DNA from: Lama glama
Lineage: Eukaryota
Length of the DNA: 64,000 bases
Reading direction: 5' to 3'
NCBI GenBank assembly: GCA_028534125.1
Contig: CM052817.1
Location: 9,364,001-9,428,000, forward strand
Shown: positions 12,975 through 25,724 of the stretch, one piece after another
How positions within the stretch are numbered: position 1 is the first letter of the stretch
Layout: every line of letters starts with the position of its first letter
Notes under the pieces: generated by a model
Database searches by the model: none
What the model was told of the DNA's origin: nothing
What the model saw: only the letters and a program-made list of their open reading frames with translations
Program-made: the position numbers and the translations under genes

Positions 12975-13085
12975 GAGTATTATCTCCATTTTACAGATGA
13001 GAAAAATAGAGGCTCAGCGAAGTCAGGTGACCTGCCCGAGGTCCCATAGGTACTCCTGACTGTGAAGCCAAAGCTGTGTCCCAGG
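12975..13085 (-). mobile_element. MIR SINE
   Basis: Core ctccattttacagatgagaaaa...gaggctcagcgaagtcaggtgacctgcccgaggtc. Confidence 0.8.
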
Positions 13086-14119
13086 CGTACCAGGCAGCAC
13101 CCCAGGAGGCACAGACGGCAGGCTAGACTCAGGGTGATGGAAGGAGGGTCTCACAAAGGTGTGGCGGAGAGCAGAGAAGTGACACGTGCAGACCCCCCAG
13201 GGGAGTGAGAGGGGAGCAGTCACCACCACCAGGCTCGCTGGAACAAGAGGAGACAGTTACTGCGTGGACTCCCCGACTTTCATCAGAATGGGGATAGCTG
13301 TGTGGTGGCTTATAGCCGTTGTGTTGTGGCCTCTGAGGCACAGGGAACAGTGTATGCAAATCTGCAGTGAGGACTGAACCATCGCAGGGAATCAAAACAA
13401 GGGATCGTTATGCTGAGAAGAGAAGATGCGGTGAAAGATGAAAGGTGGAGAGTGACAGGGAGCAGGTCCTGAATTTCTTCAGTAGGTTGAGTCTGCCTTC
13501 AAAGAGAATGAGTCATGTGGGAAACTAGGTCAGAGCAGTTTCTGATGAAGGCAAGGATTAATGGCGATCTGTGTGTTATTGTTCTCGTAAAGAAAATTTT
13601 TAATAGTATGACTGTCTTCCTGTAGGTCTGAAGCATGTTCCCAACTTGGTCTCTTGTTTAATTACCTGTCAAAGACACGAGCACCAACATGATTGCTGCC
13701 TCCACCTTGTTTGTGACTCACGGTGGGAATTCTGAGTAACAGGTCCTCGTCCTTCCCAAGATTACCTCACCTAAGATTAGGTTTTGGGAGAGACACACTG
13801 AAAATTGTCAGTGCCACCAACACCTTAGTTAGCTATGTCTTCTCTCTTATTGGTCACATATTCTCTCTTTCTTCTTCCTCTATTTTTTTTTCCTTCCAGT
13901 CCTACTTAGGACCTCCTGAAAAGCCCTGATTAGTCCTTTCTATGTGACTCTGAAAAGGATGAAGATTTCCTACTGTTTATGCTCAGCTGAGATTCAAACT
14001 CAACAAACTTTCATTGAGCACCTCCCGTGTGCTATTTTTTTTTTTTTTTGCAACTGCTCTGTCACTTCCATTTCAGATGAGGAAACTGACTTTCAGCAAT
14101 ATGAAGTGTTTGTTCAAGA

Positions 14120-14529
14120 TCCACCTTCTCCTCTTCCTGGCTGGACGACTCCTCTCTGCCTGCTTGCGTTTAGGTGGGCTCACGTGACATTCTCACCAGT
14201 TGGATGTAGTGGATGCTGCATTTAACCCCGTCCAGCCAGAAGAGGTTAAAAGTGCACCAGCTGTCTCTACGCTCTTGCTTTTCCTTCATCACTTGGCGGG
14301 ATTCGGTAGAGGATTCTGGGGCTTGTGGAGAAGGCAAAGACATCCATGAAGGAAGGACACTGATCCCTGAATGACTGTGTGGAGCAGAGAACCCCCAAAT
14401 TTACCCTCTCTCCCTGACCCACCACTGACCTGCGTTGGACTATCACATGAGCCAGGAATCAGATTTTATTGTTTTATGCCTCCGAGATTTGAGGATTGTT
14501 TGCTATAGCAATTAGCTAACACTAATACA
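14120..14529 (+). mobile_element. ERVL-MaLR LTR (MLT1I/J-like)
   Basis: ccctgaatgactgtgtggagcagag...gagatttgaggattgtttgctatagca...actaataca. Confidence 0.75.
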
Positions 14530-14759
14530 AAACTGGGGCAAGATTTGTGCCAATCAACTTAATATCTGGAGACCACCTTCTGTGAAAATATGCCATCAGT
14601 GCAATTCATAGTATTATATAATAAATTCCAAATGAGTGGCACAGACAGTGATTAGAGCTTGAAGGGCTGGCTGCCCACCAGATTCCCAGAGCAGGTAAGT
14701 TTTGAAGGCTAGGTAGAACTTGAATGGTGCCCTCAACTACACACAAGGCAAAAGTTTCT

Positions 14760-14975
14760 GTAGGGGCCAAGATCCTGCCTCTGGAACCAAAGATACCAGG
14801 TTCAATTCTAGATTTATTCTTTACAAATGAATGAACGTGTGGGTTCTGAGCCTCAGTTTTGCCATCTGTAAGTAGGGCAAATAATACCTTTCTTCTAAGG
14901 TTATTGGTTATTATAAAGATTAACTGAAATAATGCATACGAAGTAGATGCAATAGGCCCTTGGTAAATGATTATC
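14760..14975 (+). mobile_element. MIR SINE
   Basis: Core tctgagcctcagttttgccatctgtaag...aataatacct. Confidence 0.8.
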
Positions 14976-15291
14976 AATGTTACAAATATAAGGAGAACTT
15001 TAGTTTCTCACTGGCTTAGACACAACTAAGTTAAGTAGTTACCTTGACCATAAGTATTTTTAATTCTGCTACTGGACTGTGACATAGATGAACCTACTTC
15101 AGTTTATGTTTTTGTTTTCTCTAGGAATAATAAAATCTGAATCTAATGTTTACCACATAAGAGATTCCACAGACTTTGGGCCTTTCTTAATTCCAGCTTC
15201 TTACTTTGGATCAAAAGTTTATTTCATTCAAAAAGCCATCCTCCCAAGAGTGGGCCGAGACAAGAATGCAGTTGTCTCTTTGTAGCATGGA

Positions 15292-15306
15292 CATTGTTAT
15301 GCAAAT
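15292..15306 (+). promoter_or_regulatory. SOX-OCT (SOX2/POU5F1-type) composite motif
   Basis: CATTGTTATGCAAAT, an exact match to the known composite consensus. Motif only; binding not shown. Confidence 0.45.
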
Positions 15307-15789
15307 TAGTGTTTTTATTCTCTCATTTAGGTTTGTAAGATGTTAAGGTGTCAGAGCCAACCTATCATTTCACATTTACAGAGGAGGAAACTGATGCCCA
15401 AATGTTAGTGTGTCACAGATGTTCGCAGGCATGCTTTTTCCTCTCTCCCCCATGCCTTAGGCACCTTACTAACTTAAAGATTTAAATCTGACCCACAAAG
15501 TTTAATAGAACCTCCATGAATCAAATTGCATGGGGAATGAGATGTTATGGCCAATCAAATTTTCTGGTTAAGTGAATTAATGTCACAAACACACACACAC
15601 ACATACACACATATGTGTATGTATAAATACATATTTTTCCTCCTAAAATGCATTAGTTCCTCTTTCCTGACGTGGGACAGTCTGACAAGCAGAATCAAAT
15701 GTCCCTTTCGTTAGCAGTGAAGGGAAGCCAGGGATCATTTAGTCCATGTTTTTTTGTTATTTTTCTTTTTGGGTGCATCAGCTAACTTC

Positions 15790-16168
15790 GCCGGTTGACC
15801 TTGTAGATGATGAGTTTGGTCATGTGACTGAGTTCTAGACAGTAGAATGCCAGTGGACAAGATCTTCCCATTTCTTGTCCTGGTTCGTGTATACCTCCCA
15901 CTTGTTTCCTCCATGCATGTTTCCCTTTTCAGCCGGCTAGAATGGAGAGGACTCCCAGCGCGACCAGGAAGCCATGGAACTGAAGATGATGAAACCATCA
16001 ACTGAAGGAGCCTGGGCCCTTGAGTCACTGTATGGAGGAGAGCCGCCTACCGGTAAATCATTCTTGCTTTGATCTGTGAATAATGAGGAGTAACCTCCTA
16101 TTTTGTTTGATCCATCGTACATCTTATGTTTGTTTGCTAAAGCAGCTAGAGTTTCCCTAATTAATGCC
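15790..16168 (+). mobile_element. ERVL-MaLR LTR (MLT1J/K-like)
   Basis: ggtcatgtgactgagttctag...gaaggagcctgggcccttgagtcactgtatggagg...tttgctaaagcagct. Confidence 0.75.
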
Positions 16169-19100
16169 TAGCTTGATAATGGCAGAGCCAGAAGTACCTA
16201 CTGTGGATGAGGCACTATGCTTGTGTGAAAATATGAATATGAATTAAAACAGTTTGGGACCTTGAGAAGCTTCAAGGCTAATAGGGTCCCAATATATAGA
16301 CAAAAATGGTGTCATGCAAACTAGAAACTGAAGACAGTGTCTGCGGAGAAGAACTATGAAAGGACATAGGAATTAAGAGGACAAATCACTTGTGTCATTG
16401 TGTCATGAGGGCTGAATTTCAGGAGGAGGATAAGGTCTTTGGACTGGGAGGATGGGTAACATGCGGAGACGGAATCACCAGGAAACGAAGCAATGGAAAC
16501 TAAAACGACCTGGCAGAGTGAGCTGTTCAGTGGGATGGAGACGAGATCCATGAACAAAAGAAATGATAAGATGGGACTTCATGGTGAAAGACATTAAATG
16601 TCAGGTTAGTGACTTTGAGAGTCATTTACGAGCTTGGCTAAGGGCTGTCATCAACACCTGTTGGTTGAAACATGTTGAAATTAAGCCGCAGACTGTGCCT
16701 TCAGAGTCTGATGATGGCCACAGGGCTGATTTATCTCACCCCCTGGAGCTCAGACCACAGAGAGTTTTCATTCTGAGAGCTGGTCTCCTAGGACTGAGGT
16801 ACGCAGAGGAGATTAGAGCTGCCTGGGGGAGTTGGACTTGGGGAGGGAGGAGGAAAGATGAAGCATCCACCCTGGCAAGGTTCCAGGCTGTGAACAAGGT
16901 TGAAGATAAAATGATCTGATGGGCCTTTCGATTGTGTTCCATTTAGGCCTTTCTCAGGGGAGGGATGTAGACAGTCTTTGCTCCCTAGAAGTACATGTAT
17001 ATGGAAATAACAAGATTGCGCTGGATGTCATGGCGGTGAAGGCCGCGCTGGGGAAACGATGTGCTTTGCAATTAGGTCACTTAGAAAAAAAAAAAATCCT
17101 GCAAAGTAAAAGCTGAAATGAAGCTAGCAATTTAGGTACTTTTCACAGCCTGACTTCTGGGTTCTTGTTCTATCTGATATCTAGGAAAGGCACTTTCTGG
17201 GTACAGATCTCTTTAAAGTTTGTTTGAGTATCTCTTTCATTATTTTTAAATTTAGTACACACATAGATCTCAAGCTTTAAGTATCCTTTTGATCACTGTA
17301 GCTAGAAGCAAAAAAGCCATCCAGCTGTTCAGTCTGTTTGTACCAAATTGGGTCTCTTCTGAACATTACGATTCTCATCCACAAGGGTCCCCAAGTAGAC
17401 TGAAGGGTCAAGCAGAAAAGAGATAGTGACAACTCTGAATTATCCCTTAAAAAAAAAAATATTAACCAGTTTGGTATCAGATCCTTCTTGGTTGAGGAAA
17501 TACTACCCCTTGCCCCCCAAGTCATGTTAATTTTCCTACAGGGATTTCCATCCAACAGGCCCACTGTTTCAGGGAAGGAACAGTCACTGACAGCACATCA
17601 TGTTTATGTAAAGAAGAGAAAGGAAAATAATAGAGCTAACATTTATTTAGTATATTCTACCTACCACACGCTTTTCACTCTTTATTTAACCATCAAAACA
17701 ACCCAATAATACAGGAACCCTTTCTCCCAACTTCAATGAAATAGGAAACCAAAGTTTGGTTAATTTAAGGAACTTATCCAAGGTCACATAGCTGTAAAGG
17801 ATAGAGATAAAAGCAAGCTTGTCCTGCCTTGAGAATTCATGCCATTAAGTTGCTATAACCAAATATGCAGTCCAATTGTAGAGTTTTCAAGGAATAGCCC
17901 AAGAAGACAAAACAGACCAGTTATACATAAGGGCTAAGTAACACAGTATCAATCTCACCCACAAATATCAAATAAAATTAACATAATGTAATAACCAAGT
18001 GAGATTATTTTAAGAATGTGTCCAGGAGGTGGTGAGATTTGAGCCTGCCCATTTACAGACACTAATCATTTGTAAACATCGTTACAATGTGAACATTACA
18101 ATACAGAATATGACAATATTTTGCTGTGAAAGTTACTGCCATGCTCTTTTCTTAATGCATCTCTTTCAGAAGGTATTCTTTAGAGCTCATTGCCTTTAGG
18201 CCTGAATAATCCTAATTAAATACGATTCTTGACAGATCTATGCACAAAGCTGCTCCTTCCTGGAGTCACTCATGTATGAATTCATCAAACACTGTATACC
18301 TGCCAGGTTTTAGGATCAAGATACTAGAGCTTTATTTTCAAGAATCTTAGAGTCTTCTACTCAGAAAAAAAATAAATATACAGTTATAAAATAACACGGC
18401 AAGTGCTATGACAGAAATTCTGTATGAGATAAATGATCTGGACAGGGGAGCCCTATGTCACTAGGGACAAGCTTCATAGAAACGGTGACACCAGGAAAAC
18501 CCCTGAAGGGTAAGGAGGAGATAGGTGGACAGGCTAGATGGGGTGTCACTGATCAAGGCAAAAGTGTATTCAAAGAAAAATGGGAGATTGTGTGGGGTCT
18601 TGACTGATTGTGTAGGGCATTGGAGAGTGGCAGAATGTGAAGCTGCACAAGTAAACCAGAGGTAGACCAGGAGGATGAGCTCTGAATGCCATGGGTCCAC
18701 TAGACGTGCTAGAATGGTCCTCTTTCTCACTACGTTTTACAGAAAGGCATCCATCCGGTGACAAATGGAACATTTGCTTTCTTGTGCAAATTACTTTCTC
18801 TCTACTCACCTCACCTCCATTTGGGCTCCTTCTGACACGGGTCATGACCAGAGAATCAGATCTTTACTTGCTCAACCATCTGTTATGTGGTTTGGCAAGT
18901 GAGGGCCTCTGGTCCCCACCTCGCAGAACAGACACGACTGTGAAGGTTGGCTCGACTTCCTTTCTCCTCAGTCTTTCCTATTAAAGATATTTCATCAAAG
19001 GCTAAAAGAATGCAAGCATTTAGAACATACTCTGTGATCTCCGAGGGTAGCAATGTTCTGTGGGTGAGATACAGTGGCAGCTTGCTAAGGGGCCTTGGAA

Positions 19101-20029
19101 ACAATATCCTTTTTGGAACAAATTAGAAAAGCAGGTCATGGCCACCTTGCATGGTCCTGTCAGGAGACAAGAATTAAGGCTGGACATATTGTCAAGATCA
19201 TTTCAGATCCTATTATCCTGCTTCTCTGATGATAATGATGATAAAAATAGCACTTTTTTGTGACTTACACAATTTTCAGAGCTCGTTCACCTGTGAGCTC
19301 CTCTGAGCAACTGATGGGGAAGGCAGAACTTGGAGGGCCAAGGGCACTCCCAGCCAGACCTCATGCTCAAATAACATTTAAATGGGAGATGTGAGTGACT
19401 AAACAATGAATGCTCCGTCCTTCTGTGTTTGACACACAGGATGGTTCCATGAAGAACAAAGCTGGCCCCCACACTTCTAAATGTGAAACTTACCAATACT
19501 CTGAGCCTATCTTGTTATGCCTGTATATTCTAGCATTTATGTTTGTTTACCTAAACATTTAAAGCTATTTAAGTTTTCAGCTTGTTTCTACCAAGGAGAA
19601 AGGCGTTTTAAAATTTGCCATTTCCCCCAATATACTTTAAATTTTCCTTTCATTTGTACTAAACTTACCTTTTATAATGCAAGCAATCCTCCATAGTTAG
19701 TTGTGATAGCATTGTTAACAAAGAGAGTGCGTTTGAGAGAAATATAGTAACTAGAGACAGAAATGATCTAGGAGACTTGGAGAAATTTTCCAGAAAACAA
19801 TGGACAGGACCAAGAACTAGAAATCATGCAACGTGTGTGAGCTATGGAGAAGAGAAGGAAGAGGGCTTAGGTAGAGGTATCGTTTCCCAAAGTGTATTCT
19901 GTGGGACCCATTCTGCTACATGGTTCTCAGAAGAAAATTGAGCTTTTATGGTCAAATAAGTTGAATATATCATCTTTGAGGGTATGCACAGTAGCCCACC
20001 AGCAGCTATTTACCTACCTTTTTGATTGT

Positions 20030-20105
20030 ATTTACAACTATTTACATAGCATTTACATTGTATTAGATATTAGAAGCAATCTAAAGATGATTTAAAGTAA
20101 AGGAG
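20030..20105. mobile_element. TcMar-Tigger MER2 fragment
   Basis: tatttacatagcatttacattgtattagatattagaagcaatctaaagatgatttaaagta. Confidence 0.75.
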
Positions 20106-20106
20106 G

Positions 20107-20428
20107 AGATATCATATGGTATTTTTCTTTCTCTTTCTGGCTTGCTTCACTTAGAATAACAATATCTAGGTCTATCCATGTTGCTGCAAATGGCATTATT
20201 TTATTCTTTTTATGGCTGAGTAGTAATCCACACTATAAATATACCACAACTTCTTTGTCCAGTCATCTGTCGATGGACATTTCGGATGCTTCCATGTCTT
20301 GGCAATTGGAAAACAAATATATGTATGTATATGCATGACTGGGACAGTGTGCTGCACACCAGAAATTGGCACATTGTAATTGAATGTACTTCAATAAAAA
20401 AATAAATAAAATTAAAAATTAAAAAAAA
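20107..20428 (+). mobile_element. Camelid L1 insertion with 5' inversion
   Basis: 20108-20308 is antisense L1; 20309-20428 is the sense 3' end with A tail. Degenerate TSD aaagta..gagg. Confidence 0.85.
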
Positions 20429-20437
20429 GTATACGAG

Positions 20438-20530
20438 AGGGCATTATGCTAAGTGAAATAAATCAGACAGAGAAAGACAAATACTGTATGACATCACTTA
20501 TGTGTGGAATCTAAAAAAATACAACAAACT
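20438..20530 (+). mobile_element. Older L1 (L1MA-like) 3' UTR fragment
   Basis: gggcattatgctaagtgaaataaatcagacagagaaagacaaatactgtatg. Confidence 0.8.
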
Positions 20531-20642
20531 GTCACATGTCCAGATTAAATTCTTGTCTTTGGGAGTCAGTGTAGTGTGATAGAAAATTTTGCAATTAGAA
20601 CATTTTGGGTTTAACTGTGACACTAACTAACTATATTTAATT

Positions 20643-20827
20643 AAAGTTACTAGGGGAAAAAAAAGAACACCCAGTTAAATTTGCATTTCAGATAAATAAT
20701 TTCTTTCTTAGTGTATGTCCCAAATATTTCATGGGACACACATGTGCTAAAAGTTATTCACTGTTTGCCTGACATTCAAATTTAACTGGGGCTTTCTGTA
20801 ATTTGTTATCTCAATCTGACAACCTTA
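20643..20827. mobile_element. MER53 (hAT) palindromic MITE nested in a MIR
   Basis: Perfect 14-bp arms cccagttaaatttg (20670-20683) / caaatttaactggg (20777-20790); centre tgtcccaaatatttcatgggaca; MIR-like sequence on both sides. Confidence 0.88.
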
Positions 20828-23344
20828 CATGTAAGTCACTTAAGTCCTCTGATCCTCGATTTCCCTTCGGTGACCTGGTCTCCTACCCCTGGGACCGCAG
20901 GAGACACTCAGGGAACATATGAGCATATGAGACAAGATTGTATCTTGAAAATGCAAACGTTAAGGTGTTTTTATATTTTCTTCCCTTTGTGAAACATGAT
21001 CTAGACAAAAAGTCCCTTCATCAGAGAGAAGCCTGCATTCTACGCTGTCTGCCCCTGTGCAGGTGGTGCGTGGCGCACCCTGGGCTCCAACTTGCTCCCA
21101 GTTTGCCGCTGGCACCAGATGCCAGACTGGGCTGCTGTCTCCCTGCATTCTTCCCAATGCTTCTTCCTCTCCTTGTCTCTTCTGTTCAGGACATTAGGGG
21201 GAAAAAATCACAACCTCCGCTTTACAGAGCAGCTGCTTCTCTGTGACTTACTATCTCACAGGCCAGAGTTGCTATGGGGAAACCGGCAAAAAGTGACGTT
21301 CAGACAATAATGCACATAACAAGAACTCTGAGTTTTTTTTAAGTTGGAGAATATTGTATAAGGCTTATTCGTTTTCAAAATGTTTCTGTTGTATCATTTC
21401 TAGGAGTTTTTGGACAAACCGGGGAGGCAGTATCACATGCTGCGTGCGTCAAAGGAAACCCAATTCCTTACCGCAGAGCCTGTGAAACGCTTTCCGCAGA
21501 CTCTCTGTCCTCCTGATAACCGGCAGCAGAACAGGGTGAGGTCAGCGTCTGCCCCCAATACTGCCCAGGTCCCCGGGGCTCTCGGAGCCCACGCTCCAGG
21601 GCCAAGGGGCTGGTCATCCCCAGGGTTGACTGCAGAGCCCACCTTCCTGGTTCCCCACCGCTCACCACTGCCTTCAGGGATACAAGGCACTCAGCAAAGT
21701 CGGGGGTCTCCATTTCCCGCTAAATTCTAGTCTTGATCTTGGTCTTTTCCTCAAGACTGCTGCATGACTTGGTGAGCGCCTGAGCGCTGTGTAAAAACGT
21801 GGTTCAGTCTGTGCATGTTGACCTATGAATTGGTGGGCTATGTTTTAGGGTGAGTTTCCAGGATCAGACCCAGGGACAAGGATGTACAGGAAAAGGACCA
21901 CCCAGATTTCCTCTTGAGGGGCGCTGGATTGATTGGCAGCCCCAGACCCCGCCCTTCTGGGTCCTCCATATCCGTAGTGAGGCCACACTTTCCAGGTGCG
22001 AACAGAGCTGTCGAACACAGTGGGATCCTGTGTAGGCCCTTTCCTATGTGGCCAGTGACTCCTCAGCCAGTGGCTTTGGCTCTAGGACTCCCCATCCTCC
22101 TGATTAGATATGTCTTGGGCTGCACTGCAGCACCAGAATCTTCCCAGCCAAACCTCCTTCCTTCCTCTCTCCTTCCCAGGGGCAGGTCTGCATTTCCATC
22201 CAAAGACTCCTGGTCCACTCCCCCTCCTCCTTCTTTTTTCAGAAGTTTCTTGCACGTTTGAACCTGTCTGGGCATTTGCTTCTCTGGGAGGTTTCGAACA
22301 CGGAGGCCATCCCAGGAAGCAATGAGACAAACTGGGGAGGAGAGACAGGAAAGAAAGTTGTGCGGATGGAGGGTGTTGACACGGCTCCCACTGAGGTCAA
22401 CTGGAGGCTCAGCCCTGCCGGAACCTTCTGAGAAACTGTACAGCCCACCTCAGAACTGTGTCACCAAGGAGCAAGAAACTCAGAGTATTTATTCACAGCT
22501 GTTCCCCTCCCTGCGTGGGCAGTACCTCCAGATGCCTGCCCTGCTTCTAGGGGTGACTGGGGTTGGGCCCGGCTCTGGATTCCAGAGGCCAAGATCTTAA
22601 TCACTAAGTTTTGCCCCTCAGACTTATTACAATACTTGAAAGCTTGAGTTTGAAACCAACCTGGTGTCCAAAGGTCACTTTCCTTTGGTCACAAATTAGA
22701 ACCAGTTGGCAGTAACATGTTTCTTACTATAGGATCCCACATTGGTAGAGTGGAAAATCTACCCAGCTAGCTGCTAGAAGACCATGGCTCCTTGCTAGCT
22801 GCGTGACCTTAGGCAGGTAACTTAACCCCTCTGTGCTTCAATGTCTTCCTGGAGCAAAAGCAGTAGTCCACCTTGCTGACCTCTCAGAATCATTTTGAGA
22901 ACCTTTGGCAGACATGTATTTGAAGGAACTTTCTAAACTGTGAGATGCTTTCCAAAGGGAATGGATTCTGCCTCTGGAATAACCTTGAACTTTCTCCCTA
23001 CTTCCTTGCTGTGTTCTGTTTCCGAAACAATCGCATACATTGTCTTGTCTGTCCTTTCCCGCCCCCACCCCAACTGTGTTCCAGGAGCCTGCCTCTGATT
23101 ACAAAACTGGTTTCACAATCTCGCCAGTACAGGGTGTTTCATTCTACTCCCAACATAGCTTAGATAACACAGATTTAAGGGTCTGTAATTCATCCTTCGT
23201 TGACCAGTGTTCTTGACGGTTACACGCTTGCCTTAACCCCGTCCCTTTCGGTCGTAGTCCAGAGGCTTAAGAACAATGAATGGTCCCATCTGTCTCTCGT
23301 GTCATCCAGGCAGCTTTCCCTTAACCCTCTCTTCCTAAGGCGGT

Positions 23345-23545
23345 CCCTAAATCTTATAGGGTCTTCCACCTCTTTGAGATTCTCGGGAAGGCTGAGACCT
23401 CTCTCCTCAGGAAAAAGTAAAAATAAAAGCACGTAAGCTTATATGTACATACAGGCACACACACACAAATTAGGTACAATTCTTCAGGGATTCTCAGCCC
23501 CTCTGAAACCCAAGGATGGCAGTTGCAGATCTAAGGTAAAAACGT
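23345..23545. mobile_element. hAT-Charlie MER-type DNA transposon (MER103-like, tentative)
   Basis: ctttgagattctc...ctctcctcaggaaaa...cacacacaaatt...ttcagggattc...ccctctgaaaccca; a related remnant lies at about 36530-36660. Confidence 0.55.
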
Positions 23546-24179
23546 TTGATCTCTGATGCCAGCTAGGTCGAGTTTCAAACACTGGTTGTATGTAAAGTAC
23601 CTTAACAGTGATGTTGGCTCCCAGTAAGTGCTCAGTAAGTAACAGCTGCCTTTACCATTAAAGTAACGTACCGGCGCCAGAAACATTGCACAGTCCCACA
23701 AAAAGTTCAAGAAAAAGGCTGGACAGCTTTTAACAGCCATTTTCGTCTTCTAGAAGGAAGAGGTTTGTGATCAACTTTGAAAGAGGCTAGTGTTGGTTCT
23801 CCCTCTGCTGGCCTGTGGTTAATACACACCCTTTGTTTAGATTCCTAAGAGTGTTGGTCCTGGGAAGGCAGTGAGGACAGAGGTGGGAGATGGGGAGTTC
23901 GGGGGCCCATGGGTTACTTCTGAGCCCAGGAACACCCTGGAAAAGGTAGGGACAGGGAAGTTTCTCTCCCTTTGTTTCTCTCTCTTTGCTTCTTTAAGCC
24001 CTAACTATTGTATTTGCTGAGCAAGTCCTTTCTGGGTATCTGCTCTTAGAAGATGGCATGATCCCACAGGAATGAAATTCAGCCCTGCCCACAAACGCTG
24101 GGTCTCACCCTTGGGAGGTTTGTCTGTACGTTCTGACTTAGAGTTTCAGTTGAAATCAGAGGGCATGGAGTCACACTGG

Positions 24180-24405
24180 ATGGGGTACCGTTAAGAGCAA
24201 GGGCTTTGAGCCCTGACTCACAGCCCTGCCCTCGCCAGTGGAGTGATTGGTTCACTGGGGCTCTCTGAGCCTCAGTTTCTCATCTATAAAATAGGATTAA
24301 TAATAGCCCTCCCCCTTACAGCATGTTTAGGCAGATTAAACAGCAGGTAAATTGGGTGTGCAGCGGAGGGTTTAGCAATAAGAAGACATTAAGTGGTAGG
24401 TATTG
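24180..24405 (+). mobile_element. MIR SINE
   Basis: Core ctctctgagcctcagtttctcatctataaaataggattaataatag. Confidence 0.8.
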
Positions 24406-25724
24406 GCGTTATTTTTATTCTAACCTAGAAATAAATAAATAATAAAAGCCTTTCTTATTTTTAAAATTCCACAATAATGCTTGCTTGTTACATAAGGTCA
24501 AACCACTTGAAACTGCTAGTATTCGGCCAGTTTGGATCTACAAAGCCAGCAAATTTTCCTTTGGTTCAAGCCAGTAGAAGAATTCGAAATTTCAGGTTGA
24601 AAAAATAGAAATTATCCTTAGCAACACTATCCAGAAATACACATGTGGGCATATCCTTCTGACCTCTTATGTATTGTAAATAAATTATGCTGATGGGAAG
24701 TAGGTGTGAAATTCTGATCAAATCAGATTATTAAAAAGCAAAAACAAAAACAAAACTCAGTCTGATGAAGATGAAGTCAAATTTCCCCAGAGGGTACCCA
24801 GATAATGAGTGGAGCACAGGACACTGGGGTCACCACTAACGTCTGCTCCATTTGAGAGATGCCGAGGTGTTCTTGTTTCTGTAGGACTTCAGCAGCGGCA
24901 GTAACCGGCTGTCTGCCCATCCCTCTGCCTGTCCCTTCCCAAGGGCATTGTGCTGACTCAGCAGGTACACTTGGCCTTGGCTGGTGAGGGATGTGGCCTT
25001 GACAAGCCATTTCATCGGCTCCTTAAGATGAGATGAATGGCTGCTGTGACTTTATAATTTCCCTATCACTCTGGGTAATCAGGGTTTGCGCTAGAGCACA
25101 ATTACTTACTAGAGTAAAACTGTGGGAGAGTTATACCCACCCTCTCCCTTCATTGTCCCAAGCATTTTGCCAATGTAAATAACTCCTCACTATTTTTAGA
25201 ATGGAGATGGTAGTTATCAGGCTGTGCACAGCCTAGCAGGGCTTAGCAGTGCAGGTCAAGAGTTTCCTAAATGGACTGTAGCTCCTCTTCAGGGGTGTAA
25301 AGGGAGCTGGGTCCAGAGGAGTCTGCCCTTTTAGTCCTCTGGCCCTGGGGCTGATGAAATTCCCACCGTTGTAGACACAGTTTAACAACAACCAGGCTGT
25401 CACTTGCCATAGACACTCACTCTGTTCCCACTACTCCAATGAAAGAGTGAATGTGGCTGTGTAAGAACCTGGGCCAGGAGACAAGAACCCTGGGCCATAA
25501 TTCTGTTGACTGAGTTGATGACTCAGAGCAAGTTATCCGTTCTCTCTAACCTGTATTTTCCCAAAAGAAAGACCAAGGAAATTGAATCAGGTGATCTCCT
25601 AGTTTTGTTCTATTATTGTTTTCAAGCTCTCTATACCTAATAGACTCATTCACTGAGTCTATGAACCAGAAAGGAGAAAGGTCTAAGGGAGAATTAGAAA
25701 TTATGGGAATTCTTTTGTTCATTA

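Noticed and set aside
1392..21379. Exact 16-mer cttattcgttttcaaa at 1392-1407 and 21364-21379
   Set aside because: About one such match is expected by chance in 64 kb of AT-rich DNA, and the flanks do not align.
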